DNA of 64,000 nucleotides from the NCBI GenBank assembly GCA_035084275.1, contig CM068760.1, positions 1,922,001-1,986,000 on the forward strand, read 5' to 3'. The stretch's first letter is position 1, and each line of letters begins with the position of its first letter. The position numbers and the translations under genes are program-made. Under the pieces are notes generated by a model. The model searched no databases. It was not told the DNA's origin and saw only the letters and a program-made list of their open reading frames with translations. Below are positions 40,071 through 53,408 of the stretch, one piece after another. Origin of the DNA: Hydrolagus colliei. Taxonomy: Eukaryota.

Positions 40071-42022
40071 CCCTCACTGGTTACCAACCACAGTGTTGAG
40101 TTTGACCCAACACCGAGATTATCCAACCACGACCTCGAAGCCGAACGAACGCACTATTTGTTTTGCTCAGTGTCTCGGTGCCAGCCAAACGTCGATGGGA
40201 TTGGGTATGAGCTGGGGAAGGGGTTTGGGGGTGGGGGTGGGGGGTGAGGGGAGAGAAATCGTGAGGGGGCTCAGGTCTGGAATCAGTCGTTGTGTGATCT
40301 AGGTTCAGGTCTGCTTTATCATTCCGCACAGCTGAAAAGGGGGCACAGTTTGTCTGTCTGCACTTCAATCATTCCACTCCACTCCACTCCACTCCACAGC
40401 ATAGGTCAGGCCGAACCCTCCCTCCCATATGCAGCCAGTGTGAGTGTGTGTGTGTGTGTGGTGGGGGGGGCTTTTGTTGGTGTCTAACCCCCTGACACCA
40501 AGAGTGCGAGAGCTTGGGGTATTTTAATTTCTCCCAAAAGATAAACCAAATTCCCTTTTCTCCCCCCCCGCCCCCCACTCCCCGCTCACACACACACACA
40601 ACTGACAGCCTGTTGGGGAGGTCACAAGCTCCGGCCTGTATCTTGTCTACATTGCCACTGCCTTTGCCCTGAGACCCAGGTTACAACTGAGGCCTCTTAC
40701 AATTACCATAATAAACCTGCCAGGGAAACGGTTACCTGACTGACTGCCTGAGCGACTGCCGGCCGGCTGGCTGGCTGCTTGTGGGGCATCGCTGCGCACA
40801 AATCAGCTGCCACGTTCGCCCACGGATACCGCAAAACGCTTCCTTTCACACGTTTCAAAATGATAAAGGCACCTAATCAGGATGCAGTGTTATTATTATT
40901 ATTATTATTATCATTTACCGACGACTGTTTGAGCGAGGCCCGGTCAGTGGGGATGTCACCGAGGACAGGACACTCCTGTTGCCGAATCGTTCCCCTCCCC
41001 CGGGCGTGGTGAGAGATCACCGCGGAGCCGAGGGGCGGGGGAGGGGGTGAGTTCTCCTGAGCGTGAACACGGCACAAAACTACCACTCCATTAGCATTAA
41101 ACTGACCGTTCACATTCATATTGGCAAGCTCACGAGGGTACCTTTGAGGAGGGGTGGGGGGCGGGGGGGTGCGGGGGACAGGGTTAAGTTAAACCAGAGG
41201 GAGCTTTCCTCACCCTGCCCCGAACTGCGCCTTTGCTGACCCGAGAGAGAGAATGTTAATGCTGATTAACGTTCCAGTTGCCAGCACTGACGCACCTTCA
41301 CTCGAATCGGCACAGAATTCACCCAGCAAATCATCACAGGGCACACAAATCCTACAGCACCGTAGCATTGAATCCAATCCTCCACCCGTCTGCCCCACAT
41401 TGTCTGTCTCTGCCCGCCGCATCTCTACGTGCGTGTGGGGGGGGGAGAGGGGGGCTGTACTGCCACGCTTCCCATCTCCAAGGAAAAGAAACTTCATCTG
41501 TTACCGTGAAGAGCTGTGCTGGCTACAGACCTTTGTGTTGCACTTGTTACAATTAAAGATTGAGTCTGGCTGATGATCTTGTTCCTTTCTTCCCTCCTTC
41601 TAACCCCCCCCACCCACCTCCGCACCCTCAACTCTCACCCACCACCCCACGCCCACCCTCACTCCTACCAACCTCACCCCTCCCTCCAGCCCACCAACAA
41701 TCACAACCAAACTGTGACATACTCGGTATGGAAGCCATTGGTTTTTTTTTGCACAACATTTGACCAATTAGAGTTGGGAGATCTTTCCTCGGTGATGTAA
41801 TGTGTTGCTGCTGCTTTGTATATTGTATTTATTGTTCGAAGTAAAAAAGGAAATGATTTCTCTCTGTGTCCAGTTCCACTTCTGCTCCAGCTCACGGTAC
41901 AGCAACAACAACAACAACAGCAACAAAATTACGTTTGTATAGCGCCTTTCACGGCGGGAGGACGTCCCAAGGCAGCCACGGGAATACAGTATTAAACTCT
42001 GCTGGCCTTTCGCTTGCTCTCA

Positions 42023-42028
42023 AATAAA
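42023..42028 (+). terminator. Probable GGA3 polyadenylation signal (alternative AATAAA at 40710)
   Basis: AATAAA ~1.95 kb after the stop, followed by T/GT-rich sequence. Confidence 0.45.
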
Positions 42029-42692
42029 TCAATGGATTTTGTCGCTGACCTGAGCTATTTGTAGGTTATTGCAGTGCTGCGCTGGCCAGGGTTATGAGAG
42101 AGAGAGAGAGACATCAGACTTGGAAGTCAGACCAGTGTGGAGAGATAGAGAATCTATAGCCTCTACAGTCTGAGAATGCTGAGCAAACACAAGGGGGAAA
42201 TGTGCGTGAGATGGAATCGATGGGAGTTTAGCTTACTCCCTGCTCACGTGGTGGAGTGGGGTGAGGGTAACGGCTCACGAGGAAGGCCCCAGAATTTCTC
42301 CTGTTTACCGAGAGCCAATCTCAGTGGCGGAGGCTGTTGTCATGGTGCCGGACTGGATGGGATGGGACGAACGACCTCCTCCTGTTTGTGTTTTGCTACG
42401 TTGCTATTTTGTGGTGAGATGGGATCGTGGAAACGACTTGATTTCAATGTGAAGCTTCCACTTGATCTAAGCTACAAACGCATTCATCACTGGGTGGTCT
42501 GTTTGTGGTCAAACCGGACAGATACAGACAGCGGCAGCATCGATCCGACTGGGCTGAAGGTTGAACCACCCTCGAGTGTTCTGATGTTCTTGGCACTTTC
42601 ATCAAGGCACATATTGTACTTCACAGTCACCAGCCCTGCTCGCATTCCCCACTGCAACTCTGACCACAATCGCTCTTTATAACAGATTTATG

Positions 42693-43010
42693 GAGTCCGG
42701 TAGCTCAGTGGTTTAGAGCACTCGTCTTACAAGCCATGTTCGAATCCTGGCAGGTCAGGGCGAAACCTTGGGCAAGTTTCCTTGCTCCCCTACGCCTAAT
42801 GATAATCTCTCCAGAAAACCCCCCCAATAATAACAAATAGGTCGTTTCAATCCACGACTGTTTGTGGGGGACGCTGCTGTGCGCAATTGGCTGCCGCGTT
42901 TCTCCCACAAATATACAGTCAATTCACTTTGCAGTACATTCTGTGAAGCCCTTTTGATACGTCTAGACGGCGTGAAAAGCACTGTATCAAATGCAAGGAT
43001 TATTATTATT
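42693..43010 (+). mobile_element. Full-length tRNA-derived SINE between the GGA3 and EPN3 3' ends
   Basis: GGAGTCCGGTAGCTCAGTGGTTTAGAGCACTCG..GTTCGAATCC, core, tail and (ATT)n. Confidence 0.85.
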
Positions 43011-43344
43011 AATGCCTCTCTTCCACCACCACCACAACACCAAACAGTACATCAACAGCATGCCATTAAATGGTGGATTCTCTATTACAGCTTCATAATC
43101 TCTCCAAAGAAATAACTAAATAAATAATAATAATTTGGTCACTTAATGCACGACTGCTTGTGGGACACTGCTGTGCGCAATTGGATGCTGTGTTTCACCC
43201 ACTAGATACACAGTCGATTCACTTTACAGTATATTCTGTGAAGACGTGATAAGGCAAGCAATATATTATTATTAATATAATGTGTCAGTGGCCTGTTCAT
43301 GCTGGTGTAGAACAGCACGGAGACAACGGGTATCAAATTAAACC

Positions 43345-43404
43345 TTTATTCCGGGACTCATTCACTTACACATCAATCATTGATAATAAAATTAAAATTT
43401 TATT
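43345..43404 (-). terminator. Probable EPN3 polyadenylation signals
   Basis: TTTATT (AATAAA on minus) at 43345-43350 and 43399-43404, 220-280 nt past the stop. Confidence 0.5.
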
Positions 43405-43622
43405 CTGGAATCAATAATTACTTACATCTCTCCCGATCGGGGTGCCTTTTATACATCGTACATCTCATCACATCCTGAAACATCTCTAGCTGAGGGTTAC
43501 TTGTCCAGCTGATTGCAGTCAGAATAGCTTCCCTCGGGTCAGGGCGGCGTCTAAATTTTTTTTATTAACTTTCGGGGTATCACAGAAAAACACAACTCGT
43601 TTAGGAAGGCGGCTGGTCGACC

Positions 43623-46575
43623 TCAGAGGAAGGGGTTAAGCTGCCCAGATGCCTGGGGCAAGTGGGCAGGTTGAGTGACTGGCATGAGAGGTTGGGGAAG
43701 GCTGTTGGTCATGTTCAGTGTAGTCCCTACGTTTGGTGCCAAGCCTCCCGGCTGAGCCAGGCCACCGAAGGCCATCGGAGGAGACGACATGAAAGGCATG
43801 GAGCCCGACCCCAGCCCCATGGTGCTGCCGGGTGTCAGGCCTTCCTGCCCCAACCCTGAGCTGACCTGCATCTGATTCAAGGTTAACTTGTTCCTGTCGC
43901 TCACTTGGAAAGGGTTAATTGTCGATGGCGCACTAGCCACTCCTGAAGGGAAATGAACAACAAAGGAGTTGGGGGTTAATTAAAACACTCCAAGAATGTC
44001 CTCGACACAGTTTTCTGTTTCCGTACGATCTTCGGATCCCAACATTAGAGCGTTTACCCCTTTATCCCCCATCTCACACACACACACACATACACACCAC
44101 ACACACAGACACACCACACACACAGACACACCACACACACACACACACACAAAACTGCACATCCCTCATGGACATCAACAACTACAAATTGGCATTTTAG
44201 GCAAAAGGACAGAACATGTGGACAAACAGCACAGGACATCCACAAAGCATTAATAACAACAACAACTTGCACTTATATATAGTGCCCTCGACATGGGGCA
44301 GCATCTCAGATCGCTTAACAGTGGCAAAGCCTGACTCCGAGCCGAGAGGGGGTGGGGGGGGGAGGGGGAGAGGAGTGATGGGGGTGGGAAGAGGTGGCTG
44401 TCAGCACAGTCGAAGAGGACGATCTTCAGGCGGGACTTGAAGAGGGGGAGGGAGGTGGCAAGGCTGAGGGATTGAGGGGGAGTGTTCCACCGTTTCGGGG
44501 GGGGGGGGGGGTGTCGTGACTGAAACCGCTAGTGGGGGCTTAATAATTGTTGCGCGTTGACATCAATGATTGTGTGGCAATAACATGATAGCAACAGGAA
44601 CAGGAGTTGTATTTTCTGCGATAGTAATGATACTTGCATTTGATACGGGGCCGTATCCCGTCTCTCTCAAAACCATTGGAGGGAGTGACAGCAATGACCT
44701 TACCTGTCACGTGGAAAGGATTCTTGCTCTTTCCGCTCTGGGGTGGGATGGAGAGCAGGGAGTCCAGGTTCACCAGGGAGGCAGCGTTCGGATCCAGGAA
44801 CAATTCCGGAGTCCGCCGCTCGCCGTTTGTCTTCGAGGGCTCCTGCAAACAGTTCCCCATCGCGCTCATATCGAAGATGTCGGGGCTACTCGTGCCGTTG
44901 GAGCTCTGAGCAACCTCACTTAACAGGTCCAGCTTTCCTGCAGATTGAGAATCGGCAATGCGCGTCACGTACAGAGAGTTACCTGAACAAGCTCGCACTT
45001 CAATAGTAATCCCTGAACTTGATACAGCGCTTCCTACGGCTTCTAGACTGTGTCTCAAAGCGCTTCACAGAATATACAGTACTGTAAAGCGAATTGACTA
45101 CTGTATATTTGTGGGAGAAACGCGGCAGCCAATTGCGCACAGCAGCGTTCCCCCCCCCACAGAGATTCGTGAATTGAAATGACCAATTTATTATTTTTAT
45201 CTTGAGGGATTATTATCCGCGGGCGTGCGTGCGTGTGTGTGTGCGTGTGTGTGTGTGTGTGGAGGAGTGGAGAAGAGTGGGTGGGGGGGGGGGGGGTTAG
45301 TGTACCTGCTGGATGGCCCAGCTGTGACGACGGGGATTGGATTCCCTCCTGGTTTGCGATCAAACCGCCCGGGTCAGCAAACAGATCAAATGTGCCACCG
45401 CCTGCTCGTCACAGAGAAAACGAGGGACTGAAGCGAAGCCAACACAGATACACACACGCTCACACACCACACACACACAAACCACACACTACACATAGCC
45501 ACACAGACACACAGATACTCGCATAAACACATAGATTCTCGCACAAACACATAGATACTCGCACAAACACACTCACAGATACTGAACACCAAGTTACTTG
45601 CTGTGAGTTTAGCAGTGGCTAGTGGTGTTTAGGGGTGGCTGGGAGAGCTGAGCAGTGGTTACCTGTGGGCTGGCTGCTGGAGGTGGGGGTGGGGAGCGAG
45701 GCCCAGGGATCCAGGTGGCTCTGGCTGGGGTCTGGGGGCCCTGCCCACGGGTCAGGGTCCCAGGGCTGTGAGGAGACTACTTGGCTGTGGTCGGCGGACA
45801 TCCAGGAGTCAGCCACCGCCGCAGCCGGCGTCTCCGTACCTGAAACAGAGCGGACGTCAGCAATGTGCCCCGATCCAGCTGAGAACCCAGAGAGAGAGAG
45901 AGAGGGAGAGAGAGGGAGAGAGAGAGAGAGCATTAGTCACCTGTACACAAAGCTTTTTACACAAGAGTTTCTTTTCGCTAATGGGACAGGGACGACACAA
46001 GTGGCTGTAGGCCAGTGATTGCTCCCCCCCACCCCGATAGGCCCAGGTCCGTTTCCCTGCCGGGTTGGGGGTGGGGGTGGGTGGGTGTGGGGGAGGGGGT
46101 GGGGTGTGGGGGGGGGGGGAAATAGCGTAGGTCCGTGGTAGGATAATCATCCTTGTATTTGATACAGTGACACGCAGAGAGGGGAAACAACACCCCACCA
46201 CACAGGCACGAATCTGGCTTTAGTTACAGTATACCAATTATATAGTAAATCCTTGGGATTCGATACAGCGCCTTGTGGTGCCTTCCAGACATCTCAAAGC
46301 GCTTCACAGGGAACGGACACACGCCCACACACACTGCAAAGTGAATTGACCGTGCGTTTTGCGGGCGGATGAGAAAATCTGTTCCGTGGACTTACCGAGG
46401 GAGTCCCAGGGGTCGGGGGAGGTGCCGGAGGTGGGGGAGGTGGCGTGTTTGTCTCCCCACGGGTGGCTGGGGGCGGAGATGCCGTTCAGTTCCGCTCCCC
46501 AGGGGTCCATATGTCCCTCGGGGCCAGCCACCGGGGCCCCAAAGATATCCACCAAGTCCATCAGCGACGACTGGA

Positions 46576-46613
<38 letters not shown>

Positions 46614-49600
46614 AAGCGTCAACAGTTGGCTTTGGGGCCGCGGCAATCTCACAGACAAGGCCATGACTAGGCTGTTTCAAGGACAAATCAAGTCGATTTC
46701 TGCAAGGAAATAACATCTGAGGATCTGTATAGACTGGGACACGACATGTCAAGCGACTGGTTGAGGGTGGTCTCCATGGATCTGAGGTCTTCTCTTGACT
46801 AGTGTGTTCTGATATTGCTCTGGACGATGGGCACGGCTGAGATTGGCTACACTCTGCCCCCAACCACCTCAACGTGTTGACCTGTGTTTCTTGCTCGGGT
46901 CCCGACCTGAACTCTTCAGCGCCTTGGGACATCGACCCGACCGTCAAAGGCGCTCTATAAATGTCATTTTGTTGTTGTTTGTTTGTTTGTTGTTTCTGTG
47001 CAGAGGTGGGAGGGGGACAGCGAGTGGGGTGGAGGGAGCGAGGTGAAGGAGAGGGAGCGTGGGGCGAGGGAGTGAGGTAGATGGATTCAGGTGGAAGAAG
47101 TCAGGAGGAGGGGGTCAGGCGGAGGGAGAGGCCGAGGAAGGGATTGCCGGGGAGCAGGTGTAGTATAACTGTTGCTATTAACACCGAGAGAGAAGCTAAA
47201 GAACTCGTTCACTCTACCTCGTTCTTCCCCTGGGTCATTTCACTCTCTCGCCGACTCTCTTCCAATGCCCTCCGAAGTGTGTCGTCATCTTCATCATCGT
47301 CGTCGTCGAGCGAGGACCTCACCCTCAGATCCTGTGCGAGAGGAAGAGGAGAGAGAAGCTCAGACCTGCCGTCGCCCCCCCCCCCCCCCCCCGGACACTC
47401 CCATTAGCCACCATCTCCGCACTCCCCCCCCCATCCCCTCCCCCTCCCACTCCACCACATTACGTGCACTAAACCAGCCGGACTTGTGGTGATGTCAGAG
47501 CCCAGCAGACTCCCAGCAGAGTGAGCGGAAACCACCCGTCCCAGTGACGGCATAAGCCACAGCGTCACAGAGGCAGCCAAGCCGTTCCATTTTGTCCCGG
47601 TCAACGTGACGATATCTTCCGAGTCATCGGCCGGTCAGTCTTGGTCTCCAGCGGTGACTCCAGAGGTCGGGCAGGCGGCGGAGAATGTGCTGTGTTACCG
47701 CGCTCGTTCCTCAAAAGGGAATTTCACACGAGGCTGTGCACCAAAGCCCGACGGCAGCCGCCGCAAGAGACGGACGGACTGTGGGACTCTACTCTACGCG
47801 AGGATAAAACACCGTCTTCCCTTTACTCCCACAAGCAGAGTGAGCGGAGCGAGCGAACTTTGGTTAGTAAGTAACCAGCAACCATTAGGCGGAAAAGCTT
47901 GCAGGGGAAAGCCCACCAGGGAAAGCCAGGCCCGACACCCAGGCTTGTTAGCACAGTCGGCACGGCTGAGGCTACCTTTTCGTGTTGCTCTTTGCTCAAA
48001 CTCAATGCAATCTGCAGCTGTACCTCTTCCTCAGAGACCGCTGGTGACCTCTACGGGGTATTGAAAGCTGGGTTAGCATCAACAGCATTCGATCGACAGA
48101 CCCGCAAACACCCGGGAGAAAGTAACGCAAGTCAATCCCTGGACCCTTTCGGGTCGAAGAGGGGAGAGGAGAGGCGCCTCGGCGAGTGTCGTTCTCTCTC
48201 CCTCACTCCCCTCCTCCGTCCATCCCTCCCTCTGTCCCTCCATCCGTCCCTCCCTCCCCCAGTCCGTCTGTCTGTCTGTCTGTCTATATCTATCTCAATC
48301 TCAACAAATATAGTCAATTCACTTTACGGTATATTCTGTGAAGTGCTTTGAAACGTCAATAAGATGTGAAAAGCCGCTATATAAAATGCAAAGATGATTA
48401 TTATTATTATCATTATTATCTCACTATCTCTGCCCTGTCCTGTCCCTGATCTGTCAGGTGAACGCTGCTAGAATCTAGTAGTTGCTGAACGTTGCCACGA
48501 GGTGGTGATATAACGCTATCCCTCACCGAGCAGCCTGGCGAGAGCTGACGGCAAGAGTTCCTTGTCACTGATCTTTAACGGCTTTAATGCCTCCTCCGAA
48601 GGACGGTGTCCCTGACAGTGTAGCGCAAACCCCACCCACCCTCCCCCTCACCCCCCCCCACCCATCCCACGCAATGCCACTGGAGCGAGCTTCAGCCCAG
48701 ACACATGAGCTCAACGTCCCTGACGTGAGCGAAAGCCACATAACTTCCTTCGGTCAAAGGTCTTTCAGTTAAAATGGCCCAGTTTGTTTTACCGATTGCC
48801 GTTTCCTTCTCACACGCGTCACCTCCCCCCACACCCCGCCCCCCCCCCCCCCCTCCCATCCTCGGCCACACCTCAGGCCGAGCCCATGGGGAAGCAATCA
48901 GGTGAGGAGCGGGCGGGCGAGTGGGAGTCGCTGCTGCGAGGGGAGTGTTTGCTGCTGCGAGGGGAGTGTTTGCTGTACCTGGGAGCCTCTCTCCGCCTCC
49001 TCCCTGCTCATGGCCAGAGCCAGTTGGAGCTGGAGTTCCTCCTCGCCGCTGGTGGTGGGCCGCGCCTGCTCCAGGTCAGGGTCGAACCTGGGGGACGAGG
49101 AAGAGGCTGGAACCACAAACAAGACAAGAGAGAACAGGAGAGTCAGCCAGTGACGTGACGGTGTGGTTGTGAGGAGCGACTCTGCCTCGCGCTGTTGGGG
49201 GACAGAGCACAGACCCCCCCCCCCCCCCCCCCCCCCCCACCCCAGTGCAGCCCCCACTCACACTGTCCATTGGCGCGCTTTGGGACATTCTCCTGATGTG
49301 AAACTCACACTATACAAATGTCGTTTTGTTGTTATTGGGAGGAGGTCACTCATCCTCTGAGCCACCTCGCCCCTTACTTCCCCAACTTCCAGCCTTTCCT
49401 CTGTGACCCTACCTACAGTCTCCTCCTCCACCCACACCCCCACCACCCCTCACCCTCCACTCGCGGCTTAGTGTTGCGCTCTGCCTATGCCTAGCCCTCT
49501 GGGATGAGGAGCACTGTGTAAGTTTGTGCGGATGACACCCAACTCTTATCTTTCGGCCTCTAACCTCGGTCTCTCTGCTGTCCTGAGAGACAGCCTGTCA

Positions 49601-50384
49601 GACATGAGGTCCTGGATGAGAGCTAACGTTCCACAGTTGAACTTCAACAAGACTGAGATCCCCTTGATTGGCTCGCGCCAGCGCCTTCGTTCCTCAGACA
49701 CTGGCAGCATCAACCTCCATGGTTGCACACTCAACCTCACCGAGCCAGTGTCAGGATCCTAGGTGTCTTGTTCGATCCTCAACTGTCTTTCCTCCCCCAG
49801 ATCCAAGCCATGGCCTACTCAACCTTCCCTCACCTCCGGAATATTGCCTGACTCCACCACTACCTCACCCCCCCAAAGCCGCTGAAACCCTCATTCACTC
49901 CTTGATCACACCCCGGCTCAACTATGCCAACTATGCTTGTTGGCCTTCCCAATTCCTCCCTCCACAGGCGGCAGATAATACAGAACTCTGTGGACCGTAT
50001 CCTCTACAGCCCCAGGCTTCGTGACCCCATCTCCCGCATCCTCACCCGACATCATTGGCTCCCTATTTCAGGATCCTGCTTCGATGATCCCAGCAAGTTC
50101 TTGTTGTTGTGTTGTTGTGAAGACAGGCATCAGGTCCGCATTGTCCTTTGACAATTTGGGGGCGAGAGAGCTTGGGGTGTGGGGGCTTGTCTGTGACTGT
50201 AGGTAGGGTCAATCCTGGCTCCCTATTTGGGACTTTTTTGGGACTCGGAGATCCAGCAATTGGGGGGGTAAGTGAGACCTGAGCTCGCTCACCAATAAAC
50301 AAACACTAAACAGCATCACTCCCTGTCGGCTCACTCAGCCTCACTCCTGACTCTTCTTCCCAGCTGAACCCTGTCCCCTGACCC

Positions 50385-50417
<33 letters not shown>

Positions 50418-52250
50418 ACAGTGTGAAGATTACTGACAGCGATAGCAAACAGTGGCCTGCAGGTAAACCCCCTGCTCCGCCCTCACCTCATGATAACAGG
50501 CTCCGTATCAGCTGGGGGTGGGGGAGAGTGGTGGTGGGTGGGGGGTTGTGGATTTGCAGCACCGTGCAAGATTGATGGATTCTGTCATGGCTTGATGTGT
50601 GTGTCAGTGTGTGTGTGTGTGTGTGCGTGTGTACACAGCAAGCTCCTCGCGGCCTTGAGCTGATACCACATTGTGACCAGTTCCACTCCCCAGCCACACA
50701 CAGCTTCACTCAGGACAGCCTCCGCCATCCCAACATACCCATTCCACTCAGCGTTCCCTCCCCACCTCCCTCCCCACCCCCCCCATGCCACTCCCTCCCC
50801 TCCTCCCTACCCACGCTCAGGCCACCTGCCCACCCACCGTGACAGCTATCTAGGGCAGTGAGTCCCACGCACACCCTCACCTGACTCAGTATAATTCCTG
50901 CCTCGGAATCAACAGTCTCGGTTTCCAGACATAGCTATTCCCAGGCGTACGCGGTCTGGCTTTGGATAGCCTTAGGTGTGGTAAGAAGAGGTTTCGGTGT
51001 GAATCAGACGCCCAGCTGACTAAACAAGCGTCTGGACTCGGGAGATTTAAGGCTCTAACCTGTTGTAATAGTCCACTCTCTACCCTGTCAATTCCTCTCA
51101 TTACTGTACACACCTCGATTGCAACATCACAAGATCCGCCCGGATTGAAAAAGGCCCTTTGGTCCGTCCGCCACGCATCCCATTGCCCAGCGTTAACAAC
51201 AACCTGCAGTTACACAGTGCCTCGTGCAGGTTAGCGCGAGGCACTGAGCGCCCGACAGTGGCGGGGGCATTGGGGGGGGGGGTGGGGAGGGGGGTGGGTG
51301 ACCGTAGGCACAGTCATTCCAAAAGGAAGATGTTCAGGTGCAATCAGAAGATGGGGAAGAAGGAGGGGTCAAGGCAGAGAGACAGACGAAAAGTGTTCCA
51401 AAGCGCAGGGGTGTGGAGGGGGAGAAAGAGAGTGACAGAGAGAGACAGAGAAAGAGAGACAGAGAGAGTCTGTGTACATTTCGCCCAGAAATATACAGTC
51501 GATTCATTTTACAGTATATTCTGTGAAGCGCTTTGAGACGTCAATAAGATGTGAAAAGCGCTACGGCAAATGTAAGGATTATTATTATTATTATTGTAAT
51601 CTACCCATGAGCTGTTGGGTAGTGGGGGGAGGTGGGGTGGGGGGGGGGGGTAACGGGACATGTACTTACAGTCTTGGTAGGAGACGGGCGAGGCACAGGC
51701 CGACTTCCTGTGATCCTCGGGGTGTGTGTAGGAGGCCAGGCTGGGTTGGCTGTGCTGGTGGCTGCCGAGGCCGGTGGCTGCTTGTGACATCCTCTCCTTG
51801 GTCTTGAGCGCGTGTGCCCTGTCCTGGCGCAGACGCTCCTCGTCCTTGAAGCAGCGAGACCAGCTGCTTGGCTTTCTCTCGCACGTTGATGCCTTGGTCT
51901 TTCCCGTCGCGGTCTATGTACTGAAAGTCCTTCAGGGTCTGCACTGTGTAAATGTTCTCCCTGCATTGCTGGGACACCTTCTCCGAGCCCGTCTTGATCA
52001 GGTAGTCCAGCAGGGTCAGGGCCTTGTAAACGTGCCTCCAGTTCTTCCCGTGGTCGTTGAGGCGTTTCCAAACCATCCCCATGATCTCGGAGAAGGCCAC
52101 CACGTTGAAGGTCAGGTCCGCGATGTCGGACATGAGGGAGCTGGGAGGCCCCCAGGGGTCGTTGGACGTGGCTTCCCGAACCTTGATCTCGGCCTCGGAG
52201 TAATTGTGGACGAGGTTCTTAACCTGTCGCCTGATGGCCGAAGTGGTCAT
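43623..52250 (-). CDS. EPN3: Epsin-3 (ENTH, 3 UIMs, DPW repeats, 3 NPF), 9 coding exons, ~645 aa; one extra base at 51849-51850
   Basis: Exons (minus): 52250-51670, 49106-48979, 48050-47976, 47331-47218, 46570-46396, 45878(or 45839)-45663, 45401-45306, 44937-44704, 43942-43623. ENTH start MTTSAIRRQVKNLVHNYSEAEIKVREATSNDPWG; UIMs EEELQLQLALAMS, EEEVQLQIALSLS, DDDTLRRALEES; C-terminus LNPFL. Paralogue assigned from the N-terminus and adjacency to MYCBPAP. The first coding exon has an acceptor at 52303, so a non-coding exon lies upstream. Confidence 0.9.
44995..45217 (-). mobile_element. 5'-truncated SINE in an EPN3 intron
   Basis: Core and tail of the same family. Confidence 0.75.
49520..50065 (+). 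mobile_element. L2 LINE reverse transcriptase fragment
   Basis: GCGGATGACACCCAACTC encodes ADDTQL (degenerate YADD motif); also SWMRANVPQLNFNKTE and AAETLIHSLITPRLNYAN; frameshifted. Confidence 0.85.
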
Positions 52251-52693
52251 CTCTGGTCTCTTGAGCTGGTGCTCACCGCACACAGACACAGGAAATCCCT
52301 CCGCTGGGGTGGTGGGTGGGGGGGGGGGGGGTAGGTCAGAGGAGGAGACGGCCACTAAGTCACACCTCGAGCTCCGTCAGTGATCTGTGCTGAGCCTCGG
52401 GACGTCCTCCCGACCTAAACGTCGTTGTACCAATTCAATTTGTTGTCGTTGTTACTGCCCTTTAAACGAGAGAGAGAGAGAGAGAGATCGGCTTCGTTAG
52501 AGATCTGGTGAAACAATCACCTTCACTTTCTCAGCTCTCTGTGTTGAGGTTGGAGGATACATCGTTAGCCTCCCCCCAAACCCCCCACCACCACCACCCC
52601 CATCCCCACCAATCCCGTCACCTGGGCTCTGCTCACAGTCCCAAGAATCCAGCCCACACCCTCATCACATGTGTTGATAAAATGTCCATCCAC

Positions 52694-52792
52694 GACACAG
52701 ACAGAGACAAGGACACAGACAGAGACAAGGACACAGACAGAGACAAGGACACAGACAGAGACAAGGACACAGACAGGGACAAGGACACAGAC
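52694..52792. repeat. 18-bp tandem repeat GACACAGACAGAGACAAG x5.5
   Basis: Directly visible. Confidence 0.9.
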
Positions 52793-53091
52793 GGGGGCAG
52801 GCGATGGCACAGTGCTCTCCTCCGCCGACTGTCACATCAAGTTACTGAGACACCTGGGCCCTTCCAATATGGACACAGAGAACTCCTGCTAAACTCTGGC
52901 ATAAGTTGCCGCCACCACTGAAGTCACATTGCCGTCAATACCCCGGCTGTGTTTACCTAGGTATGTAAACCCAGTCCTAACTCTCCGCTCCTGACAACTC
53001 TGTTCCCTTGAGGGCGACGAGTTATCAGGAGTTTACTGACGTAAATAATCCTCGCGTTCGGTTTCGCAAGCTTCACATCAGGAGGCGCTTC

Positions 53092-53094
53092 CTC

Positions 53095-53129
<35 letters not shown>

Positions 53130-53166
53130 CTGCGACGACAACAACAACCACAACAACCACAACAAA
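53092..53166. repeat. (AAC)n microsatellite expanded from a LINE tail
   Basis: Adjoins an antisense L2-like tail at 53167-53215. Confidence 0.85.
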
Positions 53167-53408
53167 ATTACATTTCTAGAGTCGCCGTTCACGCTGGGAG
53201 GACGGCCCGAGGTGCTTCGCAAGATATATTGTGAGTTGTAGTGACTGTGCAGTTCGTGGGTCGACGTGACAGTCTATTTTAAGCGCTTTGAGGCAACTCA
53301 AAAGACACGATAAAGCGGTATATCGAATGCGAGGATTCTTTAAGAAGGATGACATATTTTTCTCACAGGTTATGTCCCACAAACAGATGTAACGTGAGAT
53401 GTGGGGGA

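Noticed and set aside
51840-51860. Programmed ribosomal frameshift or EPN3 pseudogene
   Set aside because: No precedent I know of in epsins, no other lesions, and the assembly is indel-prone; kept only as a check.
52508-52921. ORF with (DTDRDK)n
   Set aside because: Translation of an 18-bp tandem repeat; no splice or homology support.
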